Part shown: piece after piece, positions 11,198 through 21,769 of the stretch | Numbering within the stretch: the first letter of the stretch is position 1 | Layout: each line of letters starts with the position of its first letter | Assembly (NCBI GenBank): GCA_039024555.1 | Contig: JBCCQQ010000026.1 | Span: 12,239 to 76,238 of the forward strand | DNA from: Cyanobacteria bacterium P01_D01_bin.156 | Lineage (GTDB): Bacteria; Cyanobacteriota; Cyanobacteriia; Phormidesmidales; Phormidesmidaceae | Direction of reading: 5' to 3' | Length of the DNA stretch: 64,000 nt | Notes under the pieces: generated by a model | The model's input: the letters and a program-made list of their open reading frames with translations, nothing else | The model's database searches: none | What the model was told of the DNA's origin: nothing | Position numbers and translations under genes: made by a program

Positions 11198-11440
11198 CTA
11201 AGATGCAAAAAAACGTCGCGACACCCAGCTAGCTATGCCGCTGATGATAGCTCCTGCCATCAAAATGCCAATGGACGGCATAAACAAAGGGTCCCAGAGG
11301 CTATACCAAAGATCGAACCCAAGATTAATTTGGGTCGCGCGCCCCGCTACGGCAATGACAAACCAACCAAAACTGAAAAGTACAAAGAAAAGATTGATTG
11401 TTAAGGCGGTATTCAGCCAATTCATCAAACGCTCTTTCAT
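11198..11440 (-). CDS. Small membrane protein (80 aa)
   Basis: Two hydrophobic segments (MKERLMNWLNTAL...LWDPLFMPSIGILMAGA); start chosen at ATG 11440. Confidence 0.75.
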   Translation of the reverse strand: MKERLMNWLNTALTINLFFVLFSFGWFVIAVAGRATQINLGFDLWYSLWDPLFMPSIGILMAGAIISGIASWVSRRFFAS

Positions 11441-11744
11441 AGAGGTAACGAAAATTGGGTTAAAAAATTGGGCCACATGATTATCTCCAACCCGATGCCA
11501 TTTAATCAATGACAATATCGTTTTGTATCGGTTTGTAACGACTTCCTCAGGTATCCATGCTGCTACCATAAATCAGGAATTGCATCTAACCGATATGACT
11601 AAATAGTTAGTATTGGCATTGGGTTGATTCGTTAACCTAGCCGGGGTAAGCCATCAGAATCCACATCGTAAACTACGGGCTTATCTATTCTTAAATCACT
11701 CAATTTGCCCATTCATTTAGGCTCCACATTTGTTTATTAAAACT

Positions 11745-11778
11745 AAAAAAATGTGACTGCACATTTAAGGACAGCCAC
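11745..11778 (-). terminator. Rho-independent terminator
   Basis: Minus strand GTGGCTG...CAGTCAC stem followed by a T run, downstream of 11835-12029. Confidence 0.55.
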
Positions 11779-11834
11779 ACTGTAGAAGTTGAGTTTTACC
11801 GATTGATAGTGATTGGTTCCTAGCAGGAGAGCCC

Positions 11835-12029
11835 TTATACAGCCTCAATATCCAGCCCTTGGGATGCTTGCAAATTATCGGGATCCACGTAATGGCAAAC
11901 GGCTTCGTCAATACAAATTAATGCCCAGCCGGACTTTTCAATTCCCATCAAATGATAGGACCCATCCTGAACAAAAAATCCCTTGTGATTTCTAGTTTCA
12001 GGCTTTACCTCTACAGCATGCTTGTCCAT
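11835..12029 (-). CDS. Small hypothetical protein (64 aa)
   Basis: AGGAG RBS before ATG 12029; terminator downstream. Confidence 0.65.
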   Translation of the reverse strand: MDKHAVEVKPETRNHKGFFVQDGSYHLMGIEKSGWALICIDEAVCHYVDPDNLQASQGLDIEAV

Positions 12030-12243
12030 TTTGAAGCTCCTTGCAACGGGGGTGAGTTCCAATAAAAAGGAAAACTTATTGGAACCTTTTCTTAAGCTTA
12101 TCAGTTCCGTTTTCATCTGAGCGTTAAGTTATCTTGACCATAAAGAATGGTTAAAAATCGCGGGGATCATTACCCCGCAACCCTTACAGAAAGGCAAAGA
12201 ACCCGTTGTTACATCACCCGAAGCAGGGGCTAACTATGAAAGC

Positions 12244-12277
12244 GGCTTAACAGAAGTTAGTTAACTTCTGTTAAGCC
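12244..12277. repeat. Perfect 16-bp inverted repeat
   Basis: GGCTTAACAGAAGTTA-GT-TAACTTCTGTTAAGCC. Confidence 0.9.
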
Positions 12278-12333
12278 TGAGCTTGGGACTTCTTGTTAAG
12301 AAAAAATCAAAAAAGCCTTTTCCGGTAAAGGAT

Positions 12334-12774
12334 TCAGCTATCGAATATCCATTTTTCTACCCGTTTAAGGCTGTCCCAATCGGGTTTTCGATTTAATCCT
12401 TCTTTAAAGTTCTGGCGAATATCGTCCTGAACTTCTTCTACGGAACTCACCAATTGGGCCGCTAACTCAACATGTTCGCGGACTCCTTTACGGCCACTGT
12501 CTAGAATAGCGATCGCAATATTAATGTGGGCCTGGGGGTCCTGGGGGGTGATCTTAATTGCTTTTTGAGCTGCTTTGTAGGCGGCGTTGGGCTTTTCAGC
12601 CAGTAGATAAAGCCACGATAAACAGGTGTAGAGAGCACTGTTTTTTGGGGCCTGGGTGCATAAATCTTTGAATGTAGGAATCAGCGTATCAACGCTTTCG
12701 CCTGATTGATAGCGATTGAGGCCGTCTTCAAACAGCTCGTCAATGGTTTGGGTCATGGGGAGATGTCTAGTCAA
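12334..12774 (-). CDS. TPR-repeat protein
   Basis: TPR-like helices (ALYTCLSWLYLLAEKPNAAYKAAQKAIKITPQDPQAHINIA); follows iscA. Confidence 0.82.
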   Translation of the reverse strand: MTRHLPMTQTIDELFEDGLNRYQSGESVDTLIPTFKDLCTQAPKNSALYTCLSWLYLLAEKPNAAYKAAQKAIKITPQDPQAHINIAIAILDSGRKGVREHVELAAQLVSSVEEVQDDIRQNFKEGLNRKPDWDSLKRVEKWIFDS

Positions 12775-12868
12775 AAAACCTCCCCATTTTAAGCTGCTTG
12801 AGGAGCCAGGAATCTATAACTTCCCAAAAGCAGGGTTCTTTAATTCTCGATGCTTAAATTTTCAATGC

Positions 12869-13222
12869 CTAGGCACTAAAAGACTTGCCGCAACCGCAGG
12901 TCTGGTCAGCATTGGGATTGGTAAACTGAAAGCCACCGCCAATCAGGGCGTTGCTGTAGTCAAGCATGAGCCCGTAAAGGTAGAGCATGCTTTTTTTGTC
13001 GCAGATTACCTTAAACCCTTCGTAGTCAAATACTTCATCGTGCTCGGTAATATTGCCCAGGGATTCAAAGTCCATCATGTAGGACATCCCAGAGCAGCCG
13101 CCCTGGCGTACACCCACCCGTAGACATAGGTCATCACCCTGCTGTTCTTTGAGGGCCAGCACGTGGGTTAGGGCCGCTTCGGTCATCAGGATGCCCCGTT
13201 TTGGTTGAGTCGCTTGGGTCAT
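12869..13222 (-). CDS. iscA: A-type Fe-S cluster assembly protein IscA/HesB
   Basis: GGCSGMSY and TCGCGKSF motifs. Confidence 0.95.
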   Translation of the reverse strand: MTQATQPKRGILMTEAALTHVLALKEQQGDDLCLRVGVRQGGCSGMSYMMDFESLGNITEHDEVFDYEGFKVICDKKSMLYLYGLMLDYSNALIGGGFQFTNPNADQTCGCGKSFSA

Positions 13223-13503
13223 GGGTCGTCCGATTAGTTACTACATCAACAAATAATTTAGTCTAGTTTAGCTCAGCCATTCGCGGACGTTGTTCATTGC
13301 TTTAATGATTGTCATTGACTAGGGCCATGTCTCAGGCTGCAATAGTTGAACAAATCTTTAGGCCCGTGGCTGATAGGACCATTCTTTTTCACAATAGAGG
13401 CTGTTGCTCAAGTCTGCTGGCATTTGTTGGAGTATCCGCTGGCCAGCTGTGAAATACTGGTGCAAAGTTACAGTCTCCAAACTGCTACCGCTTATTTAAA
13501 TTC

Positions 13504-15105
13504 ATGCCTCCCTTAAGCCCATTTACCCGTCGTCGTATTCAAAAACTGCCAAAGACTAACAGCATTTGGGAGGGGGGTATGTATTCAGTACCCGATGACG
13601 CCCAAGAAGATGGGCAGGCCTATGTGCTGTGGATTGATGGGCATCAGGGCCATGTGCGTAGTTTGGATATTGTGGCTCCTGAAAGTGGCTACGAGGCCGT
13701 GGCCCGTAGTTTGATCCAAGCGATTGAACATCCTCAAAGTCCGGCAGAACCTAGTCGCCCCCAAAGTGTGGTGGTGAGTGATCGAGAACTGCAGTTTTTT
13801 TTACGGGGGGTGCTACAGGATTTAGAGGTGGATGTAACCTACCGATCTAAGCTGCATTGGTTGGATGAGATTTTTGATCATTTACTGTCTCAAACGGCTC
13901 CCGTTTCTTCGTTGCCGACCGTGTACCATGAGCAGCTCTGTGAAAAGGCATTGGCGCTGTGGCAGCAGGCTCCTTGGTATCGCCTCAGTGAACAGGAACT
14001 GCTGGCGATTGAGGTAAACCGCTGGGACATTGAGACACTGTATGTGTCGATTTTGGGGATGGCAGATGTGGACTATGGGTTGCTGTTCTATCGCAGTCTA
14101 GAGTCACTGCTGCAATTTCGTGAACGGGTATTGGATTGCGATCGCACGGGTTCTGATCCAATGGCATCCATGTCGCCCCAGGTATTGCAACAGATTTTTT
14201 TAACCCAGGATTGTTTTTTCCTAAACTACGAGGTGGAGCGTCCCCGACAGCCAGACCCCGACGACTATGAGTTTGGCAGCATCCACCCGTTAGAAGGAAT
14301 GCGTCATGATTTAGATGAAGCTGAAGCCGCCACCTTGATTGTTGCCCTAGAAGCACTCAATCGATTTTTTCAAAAAGCGCCCGACGAGTTGGATGTTCTC
14401 GAAACCATTGAGAAAACATTTCGTATCCCCAATCCAATGGTGGATGATGGGCCAAAACAATGTTCGATCAAGGTAAAGTCCTTACCCGATGTATCCGCCA
14501 ATCTGCTAGACGAAACCGACATCAGCTTAGAAGACGATGTCTTTGAATATAATATGCCCGTCCTCAATGATGATTTGGTTCCTGAGGGGGCGCTGATCTT
14601 ACTAACCCAATTGGCTACCGATCAACGCGAACAGCTACGCAATCCCAAAACCCACTATCAACCGCTCATAGGTAAGGCTCCTGCGAACTCTTCGAAAGCT
14701 TCTTGGCCCGTTGTCATTATTCAAACCTCACGACCTAAAGCAACAGCACTGGCAAAGCGTATTCAAGCCTTGGGTGGCATTCGGTCCATGTGTTTTAATC
14801 CGGGACACGATCCGTTTAATCAGCTGACGTTTCAACTGGGTATTTGGCAGGCTGCTGACGACAGTCTGCATTTATGTCATGAATACGATGTGGACAATTC
14901 GCAGCATAGCCAGGCGTTAGATAAGTGGAACAAACAACAACTTAAAAGTCAGGGGCGCTGCGGCATTATGATTGCGGCTGGGGTAACGGGGCGTAATCGG
15001 GGTAATCCTCAGCCTAAGGATGTTGTTGCTTTTTTGGAAGTGAATTTTTGCGATCCTGCTGAATTGAATCTGGCACCGTTAGTGCTGAGCTATGCCATTG
15101 AATAG
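13504..15105 (+). CDS. Conserved cyanobacterial hypothetical protein (DUF6930-like)
   Basis: 533-aa ORF; family recalled from SILGM..YGLLFYRS and GSIHPLEG motifs. Confidence 0.7.
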   Translation: MPPLSPFTRRRIQKLPKTNSIWEGGMYSVPDDAQEDGQAYVLWIDGHQGHVRSLDIVAPESGYEAVARSLIQAIEHPQSPAEPSRPQSVVVSDRELQFFLRGVLQDLEVDVTYRSKLHWLDEIFDHLLSQTAPVSSLPTVYHEQLCEKALALWQQAPWYRLSEQELLAIEVNRWDIETLYVSILGMADVDYGLLFYRSLESLLQFRERVLDCDRTGSDPMASMSPQVLQQIFLTQDCFFLNYEVERPRQPDPDDYEFGSIHPLEGMRHDLDEAEAATLIVALEALNRFFQKAPDELDVLETIEKTFRIPNPMVDDGPKQCSIKVKSLPDVSANLLDETDISLEDDVFEYNMPVLNDDLVPEGALILLTQLATDQREQLRNPKTHYQPLIGKAPANSSKASWPVVIIQTSRPKATALAKRIQALGGIRSMCFNPGHDPFNQLTFQLGIWQAADDSLHLCHEYDVDNSQHSQALDKWNKQQLKSQGRCGIMIAAGVTGRNRGNPQPKDVVAFLEVNFCDPAELNLAPLVLSYAIE

Positions 15106-15174
15106 GGTAGAACTCTCCTAAGGATGCTTTATCGATTTTCAGAGGATTTCTCTGGTCTATTTTTTTATCCTTTC

Positions 15175-18100
15175 CTAAAGGGGACTACCCAACTTTACCC
15201 AGCCGATAAGACCGCGATAATTCACCCATCGCCATCCGTCTATCTCTTTTTTGATATCAGCCTTTTCTAAAGAGGAAAGGGTGGCAAGCACCGCTGAACC
15301 ATCCATTGGCTTTTGCAGAATTTTAACGCCTATTTCAGCCGCAGACTTCGTTGGTTGTTCGTATGAGACAACCAACGCTTCAGCGACTAGGGCCATAGGC
15401 GTCTTTTGTTCTTCCTCACCGGGTTTTCGATAGGTATAGTGGGGGAGTGAGTCTATAGAGTCAACAAATTCTGAAACTGGCTCCCAGCTATATTCCAAAT
15501 CGATGTGATGGTTAACGTTAAACGTGATTTCATGACTTTTTAAGGCGTTGTCATCTAACTTCTGAATGCCACGCCTTAGTGCTGGATTCGCATTCCATTC
15601 TTCAGATTCTGCCGCCTTAGACTCTTTTGGAACACTGATCGTTATGGTCTTACCTGCTGAGTAAATGCGAAACCCATCTGACAAAAAGCCTCTTCGATCT
15701 GCTAAGTCTGGGGAACAATTAATGACCGTTCCCGAGATACCGTCTGACGGACTTATCTTAATAACTTTTTGATAATCTGATGCGTCTGTCACATCAAAGC
15801 TCAACGCTAACTTAATTGTCTCAATCTTGAGATTCTCCATATCAGGATTGAGTTGCTTGGCTTCAGAGTATTCTTTCAGTTCTAACTCCATATCTGACCA
15901 TGCTGGAGGCAAAGCAAACTTCTGCTTGATGTCGCTTCCGCCATCACCAATAATCAGATTGGCATTGTCTTGGTTGCTAACGCTTCTGTCGTTTTCCCGC
16001 CACTGAATATCAGCGGAATCACCAATATATGACCAGCTCCAAGACAAAGGCTGCTCACTGTAGACAGCGTAGAGATGCTCTTCACGTCTGACAATACCGT
16101 TTCTTGAAAGTCTGATAGTGATAGTTTCAAAGTTATGCAGTGTGGGCGATCCTTCGCCGAGAGTTAAACTTAAGATCTCAATATCGCTGAGCCGCATTAG
16201 CTGATAGTCAGAAAGCGTCTGAAAAAGGATATCCATGGGATTGAAACTCGCTTTTCCAGTTCGGTTTATGGTATTGATAATGCCTGGCGTTTGAGACGGC
16301 GTAAACTCAACTTCAAATACTTGAGTCCTCCGGTTAATATTGAAATCCTCGCGTAACTTTGAACGTATATCTTGCAAAATTTCATCAAATATAGGCTCTA
16401 GCGCTTGAGTATGCGCCTCAAAATCTTCAGGATTAAATTCCGACTGTCCTTGTAGTAAACGGCTAATCTCTTCAGTCACGTCAGTAAGTTTCCAGTCAAC
16501 CCGCGTTAGCGGTTGGAAAACTGTTGTCTCATAGGCTTTAACCATTGTGTAAAGACGGTTAACTAATGCCATACGAGATCGCTGCCCCATCTGTTGGATA
16601 CGGCCCAGCATTTCCGGGGAGACATAATCTAGCTGATCGGTGCGGCCTTTCTGCATGCTCAGTACAGCAGTCGCATTAGTTGAAATCTGAGCATAGCTGT
16701 CGCTTAGAGCACTACAGGTCTTGGCTAAATCTTCGGCGAATTTAGTTTTATGCTCATTCAGAGTACGAATGTCCTGCACAAGTGTCTGCCAAGCTTCGCT
16801 CTCAGCGATTAATTTTTGCAGTTCAGCCTCAACTTCAGACTGCGGCACCTGCAGCGCTTGTAGTCCTTCCGAAACACCTAGCAAAGCTGGCCCCATACCT
16901 GCTCCAATTTGGGAAAGAACTTGAGGATCTGAGTCATCCTCGGTGGTTTCTTGGGCAGCAGATCTGACTTCGTCAACAGTCTCGAACACTGCGCCAATCG
17001 CTGCAAGGGTGTCGGGTGCTGCCAAGCTATCGTTCTCAGCCAAGTTACTAGCAACTCCACCCAAAGAGCCGACGATGCTACCCAATGCAGGTTGGCCAAC
17101 GGGAAACACTTGACAGATAGTTGTGGCGATATTGATGCCGAACTGGATTTTACGCTGTCGCTCAAGGTTGTCTCGGGCTTCTTCCATCAACTGCTTTTGC
17201 AGAGATGCTAGCCTATGGCTTAGGACTTCGAGCTGGCTTTTTAGGAAGCTGATGCGCGAATTGAGTTCTGCAATTTTTCTGCGCGCATCAACCACGTTAT
17301 CGGCGGCGCGTTCGATATCCTCGTTTGCCGTCTCTATGGCTTTTTCAAATGCTTCGGCAGCTTTTGTAGCTCGGGTTTGCTGATCTTCAATCCAGCGAAC
17401 CAACAGCAGCATTCGCAAAGATCGTGAGATCTCATTTTTATATTGAGTTGCTTCTGCCGCCAGCGAAAACTGGGGCATAAACCCACCCGGATTGCCGAAA
17501 TAATCCAGATTTAAACGCAGTCGTTGCAACATGCCTGTCATTTCTTGACGGACGGCGTTCCATTGACCTTTGGCCGCATCATCTGTCCAGACATCACCGA
17601 CATTGGGCATCTCTGCGATCAAAGCTGTGGCATAAATATTCAAAAGACCTGCCAGGGTTTCGCGGTTTTCCGCCAGATACAGATCTCTGGCATAATCCAA
17701 AATCTTTTGAAGACTTAAAGGGTGCAGCCAAGGATTTGAAACCGAAATAATGCTGGGCGTTGAGAAATGCCCATCGCCACGAGTTGCTGCGGGAGCCGGA
17801 GCGTCGTTTCCTTTATATGTCCTGTGTTCTTGGCGTAAGTCCACAGATCTAGGCTCGACGGGTGAAAGGTACCTATATTTCACTTCGATGTGATAAATCC
17901 CGCAGTGAGATGGCTGACCGGCTGAACCTCCGATGTAGGTTCTCTCTTGGATTCCTGCCCTGCCTCCAGCATTCTGTAAACTTCCGATCAAGGAATAGAG
18001 ATTAGTTGTCAACTTACCGGCATTGCCACCGTTACCGGGTCTGCCAGGGGGGGATGCAGGATGACCGTCTTCAGGAAATCGTCCCTCTCCCCACGCTTGA

Positions 18101-19881
18101 TGCCCATCTTTCGCGAATTTGACATCCCACTTAACTGTATAGCGCACTGCTGGGAGATCAAAGTTTCCAGTAGAAGTTGAGGGCCCAGGATCCCCCCAAG
18201 ATTTATGACTGGTATCAAATGACGTTTTAGAGTCTACGTCCTCACCCTTTTCTCCGTCCTTGCCTGCACCAGGGTCTTGCCCTCGTCCACCGTTAGCGAT
18301 CAGCCGTTTCCGTAAATTTCTAGGATTACTCGGCTCTGCTACTTCTGAGACATAAATTGCCAGATTCCCGGCATGGCGACCGTCTACACCGTCTGCGCCA
18401 CTACGGTCTTGTCCAGGCTCGCCCGCACCTTTGGCCTTTGAAATGCTCCATCTGAGCGGCATGGTGTTGATGGCAGCATCGTCCGTTGCCCAAACAAGCC
18501 GTCGAGCATAGATGGTGACATCGGCTTCTGGCAAACAAAACTCACCCCCAATCTCAAGGGTGTCACAGCAAATTGTTAGAGATTTGGTCGTCGGTCTGTA
18601 GCTGCCATTATTAGGGTCAGCAGTATTGCTTTGGCGATCGATGTGTAGCTTTCCCCACAGTTGATTGGGATGCTGTGGAGACAGGGTGATATGTACACCA
18701 GTAATGATGTGATTTTCTGTTTTATCGTCGTTTTCAGTGTGGAATTCGCTAATGTACAGCCCACTATCGGCTGGTGTCGCTTCCGTTTTTGACTGCACAA
18801 AGGTTTGCTGAAGACTGACAACCGTAGCCGTTTTCGCTTCACGCGATGGAGATGAGTCGTCAGCATTGCCAGGCTGTTCAGCGAGAAACTCAGAGGGGGC
18901 AATTGTCGCAAATCGGATGCTACGGATTACCTTAATGCTCTCTCCTTCTTGACCTGCTAATGCAGCAAGGGCGTTACCCTGCAAATAGGCGCGAAACGGA
19001 CTGCCACCATTGCCACCACAGGGGCCTAGAACATTACCCTTGTTCGTCACAAAGCTAAGTTGGTCAATGGCCCAACCGCTCCTGCCAGAAACTTGAACAA
19101 CAAACTCATCTGTAGCTAAGTCAAGACGGTGAGCAGTCCCTTTTTCCTGACCATGGGTAATGACTGGCCCACTTGAATATGCTATGCGAACACCGTAAAT
19201 GCCCTCATGAACGTCGTCTCCAGCGATAAAGACGTCTTCACCTGAAAACACGGTAATTTGCTTAATCTTTCCCTGGACTGAGGGACTGTATTCTGCGTAG
19301 TTGTCAAAAACCTCACCGCGATCAGAGCCACCTTTGCCGTATGTTCTTGAATATAGATAGGGCCGAAGGTTAGATGCGGCCATGGAGATAAACCGAATGC
19401 TACGGATATCGTTTACGCTTTGGCTTTTGCGCCCAGCAAATGCTACCAGCACCTTCCCCTCAATGTCGTAGGTGAATGGCTCTCCACCGCCGCCACCATA
19501 AGGGCCAAAGACCCTACCTTGATTAGTTGTAAAACTAAGCTGATCGATTATCCAGCCGCTAGTGCCAGCGATTTGAGAGATATACTCGTCTTCTTCTAGC
19601 AATACATAATCTGTTTTGCCTGTCTGGGTACCGTGGACGACAGAGTGACCATTCTCATAGAGTACTTTGATCCCTATAATGCCCTGGACGATTAAGTCTT
19701 TTGAGGGAAAATGATTTTCTCCTGAATAGACAATGATCTGCTGAATCATGCCCCAGTTGGAAAGGTCGTATTGAGGAGAGTCGTCAAAGACAATACCCGG
19801 ATCTACGCTCCCCTCGCCGTAGGTGAGACTTGAAGAAAAAGAAATAGCTGGCATAATGCGACCCCATTGATGACTAATCAC
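15175..19881 (-). CDS. Large multidomain toxin-like protein: 2x jacalin lectin, Gly-rich region, coiled coil with hydrophobic segment, C-terminal SH3b-like domain
   Basis: Two repeats SGW.IDQLSF.TN.G...GP.GG.GG (jacalin); GxxG runs; long heptad region; C-terminal GWRWVNYRGLIGWVK. Start may be ATG 19854. Confidence 0.7.
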   Translation of the reverse strand: MISHQWGRIMPAISFSSSLTYGEGSVDPGIVFDDSPQYDLSNWGMIQQIIVYSGENHFPSKDLIVQGIIGIKVLYENGHSVVHGTQTGKTDYVLLEEDEYISQIAGTSGWIIDQLSFTTNQGRVFGPYGGGGGEPFTYDIEGKVLVAFAGRKSQSVNDIRSIRFISMAASNLRPYLYSRTYGKGGSDRGEVFDNYAEYSPSVQGKIKQITVFSGEDVFIAGDDVHEGIYGVRIAYSSGPVITHGQEKGTAHRLDLATDEFVVQVSGRSGWAIDQLSFVTNKGNVLGPCGGNGGSPFRAYLQGNALAALAGQEGESIKVIRSIRFATIAPSEFLAEQPGNADDSSPSREAKTATVVSLQQTFVQSKTEATPADSGLYISEFHTENDDKTENHIITGVHITLSPQHPNQLWGKLHIDRQSNTADPNNGSYRPTTKSLTICCDTLEIGGEFCLPEADVTIYARRLVWATDDAAINTMPLRWSISKAKGAGEPGQDRSGADGVDGRHAGNLAIYVSEVAEPSNPRNLRKRLIANGGRGQDPGAGKDGEKGEDVDSKTSFDTSHKSWGDPGPSTSTGNFDLPAVRYTVKWDVKFAKDGHQAWGEGRFPEDGHPASPPGRPGNGGNAGKLTTNLYSLIGSLQNAGGRAGIQERTYIGGSAGQPSHCGIYHIEVKYRYLSPVEPRSVDLRQEHRTYKGNDAPAPAATRGDGHFSTPSIISVSNPWLHPLSLQKILDYARDLYLAENRETLAGLLNIYATALIAEMPNVGDVWTDDAAKGQWNAVRQEMTGMLQRLRLNLDYFGNPGGFMPQFSLAAEATQYKNEISRSLRMLLLVRWIEDQQTRATKAAEAFEKAIETANEDIERAADNVVDARRKIAELNSRISFLKSQLEVLSHRLASLQKQLMEEARDNLERQRKIQFGINIATTICQVFPVGQPALGSIVGSLGGVASNLAENDSLAAPDTLAAIGAVFETVDEVRSAAQETTEDDSDPQVLSQIGAGMGPALLGVSEGLQALQVPQSEVEAELQKLIAESEAWQTLVQDIRTLNEHKTKFAEDLAKTCSALSDSYAQISTNATAVLSMQKGRTDQLDYVSPEMLGRIQQMGQRSRMALVNRLYTMVKAYETTVFQPLTRVDWKLTDVTEEISRLLQGQSEFNPEDFEAHTQALEPIFDEILQDIRSKLREDFNINRRTQVFEVEFTPSQTPGIINTINRTGKASFNPMDILFQTLSDYQLMRLSDIEILSLTLGEGSPTLHNFETITIRLSRNGIVRREEHLYAVYSEQPLSWSWSYIGDSADIQWRENDRSVSNQDNANLIIGDGGSDIKQKFALPPAWSDMELELKEYSEAKQLNPDMENLKIETIKLALSFDVTDASDYQKVIKISPSDGISGTVINCSPDLADRRGFLSDGFRIYSAGKTITISVPKESKAAESEEWNANPALRRGIQKLDDNALKSHEITFNVNHHIDLEYSWEPVSEFVDSIDSLPHYTYRKPGEEEQKTPMALVAEALVVSYEQPTKSAAEIGVKILQKPMDGSAVLATLSSLEKADIKKEIDGWRWVNYRGLIGWVKLGSPL

Positions 19882-20261
19882 TTACATACTTGCAAGCAGT
19901 GTCAGACTTGATAAACCTAAATTTGCGATGAGATAGCGCTCTCTAACTTGTCGAGTGTTATCGTGACTTCAAAGCTTACTTATTTAGTCAATTTTGAGTA
20001 GATATTTTTTGCCTTTTCTTTATGAACTGCTCCTTATCCGACTTTATCTATTAAGCCGCGTAGCAAAGTAAGTCAGACTATGTATTGAAGAGTTCTATTG
20101 GGACTTTTAACCATCTCAGGTTGGAGTATGGCCTCGACTATTGCAAAATCCAACCATAAAGCTGAAAGCTTTACTCTAATTAAGTTTCTATTCACCACTA
20201 CAACGAACAAATACATCGCAAACAAGAACATCAAGCTCCTTTTTCTCCATCCTTGCCTTAA

Positions 20262-21575
20262 TTACCCCGGCCAACGCAACACAACAACCTCTTCCCGCAG
20301 ATCCACCTCAGTTTTAGACGCCCGTCGTGTCCTAAACAAATCCACATTCACCAGCTGATAGCCCAGATCCTCAGCCATCATCGCCAACAACGACCCCGTG
20401 GGAATATGCACCTGCAAATAGGACGCCTGTTCCCCCACCACATAGGCCAGCTGTGCCCCCGGACGTAGTACGGATCGTAAATTCGCTAAATGGCGAGCCA
20501 TGCCGCCAAAGTACAACGTCGTAGCCCGAGCATAGAGCCGAGAGAAACCGCTGGTTTTCCCTAACTCTTCCCGGCGTTGATTAATGGTGTGGGCCAGCTC
20601 TAAAATTTGTGGATAGGCCTGAATCCATTGGTCGTCCGTGTCGTCGCTATACACCCCCCGACTGTTGGAGCGCAACAGCTCATGCTTAACCGCTTTTAAC
20701 CCCGCTTTGTTTTCTAAGAAGCCTAGCAGCACCGACTCTAAACGAGTGGTGCGGGTATAGTCCTTTTCATTCGGATATGGGGGCGACGTAATCACCACAT
20801 CGACAGAATTGGCCGCTAAATAACAGTGGGGTTGTCGTGCATCGCCCAGGTGCACTTGGCCAGTGGAGCGCAACGACTGTTCTGCAAGCAGTTCCAAGTC
20901 CTGGGCCATGGTCTCAACCCGCTCTAGCCACAGCTCCACCACCGGAGCATCGGCCTTATGTTTACGAGAAACTCCCACCTCCGGGGCAAACCGTAGATTG
21001 CTAGCTAGAATTGCCGCATTGGCCAGGGCCAGCCGATGACAATGAACAGTGCTGGCAGAAGATGAATCTCGATCGATGTATCCCAGCAGTGTGAGCACCT
21101 TTTGCAAGGGGCGGGGACTGATGGCATTTTTCAGCAGCAGATCAGCCGCATCCTTGGGTAAGGTGGGCGCTAAATCAGGCAACAATGCCAGCTCATCTTG
21201 CACCGCTGTGGCAATGCGCTGCGCCGATGCTCTTAAGACTTTGGGTGAGACAGACCAGTCTAACTTTACACTGGACGCAAAGTGGGCCATGGGGTTTGCT
21301 TCAATACCCTGGGCCGGAATCCCTAATTTTTGGGCTTCCACTAGGGTCGTTGCCGTGCCCGCAAACGGATCTAGTACCACGGTTTGGTTGGTTGCCGAGA
21401 ACTGTTGCAAATAGTGCCTGACCAAATGGGGCGGAAACGACAGTACAAACCGATACCAATGATGTACTGCCCGATCCTGATCGCTCAGTTGATTACGTGC
21501 CTTGCAGCCCAGCTCAAGCCCGAGCAGTTCTGAATCAGATTCTTTAGTGGCGGATAGCTTAAGCGATGACATCAA
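20262..21575 (-). CDS. Orphan amino-DNA methyltransferase (probable m4C, alpha order)
   Basis: VLDPFAGTATT (motif I) precedes VITSPPY (motif IV). Confidence 0.88.
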   Translation of the reverse strand: MMSSLKLSATKESDSELLGLELGCKARNQLSDQDRAVHHWYRFVLSFPPHLVRHYLQQFSATNQTVVLDPFAGTATTLVEAQKLGIPAQGIEANPMAHFASSVKLDWSVSPKVLRASAQRIATAVQDELALLPDLAPTLPKDAADLLLKNAISPRPLQKVLTLLGYIDRDSSSASTVHCHRLALANAAILASNLRFAPEVGVSRKHKADAPVVELWLERVETMAQDLELLAEQSLRSTGQVHLGDARQPHCYLAANSVDVVITSPPYPNEKDYTRTTRLESVLLGFLENKAGLKAVKHELLRSNSRGVYSDDTDDQWIQAYPQILELAHTINQRREELGKTSGFSRLYARATTLYFGGMARHLANLRSVLRPGAQLAYVVGEQASYLQVHIPTGSLLAMMAEDLGYQLVNVDLFRTRRASKTEVDLREEVVVLRWPG

Positions 21576-21769
21576 TGGCTACTGTATCCCTAGCTAGCTG
21601 TGATCATAGCGGGGGTGAATTGTATCGAACTGAGAGCTAAGGATACACCAAGAGTTTGATACTTTAGTCAAAGGGTGAATCAGGGGCAGTATAGCCGATG
21701 TCTCCTTTCTATATGGATGAATTATTTTAACAAGCAGAACCAGGGTCTTCACCCGGTTAGTCAACCCAG

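Noticed and set aside
15175..19881. Apparent lack of HIP1 sites as evidence of horizontal transfer
   Set aside because: HIP1 density in the window is low enough that a 4.7-kb gap is weak evidence.
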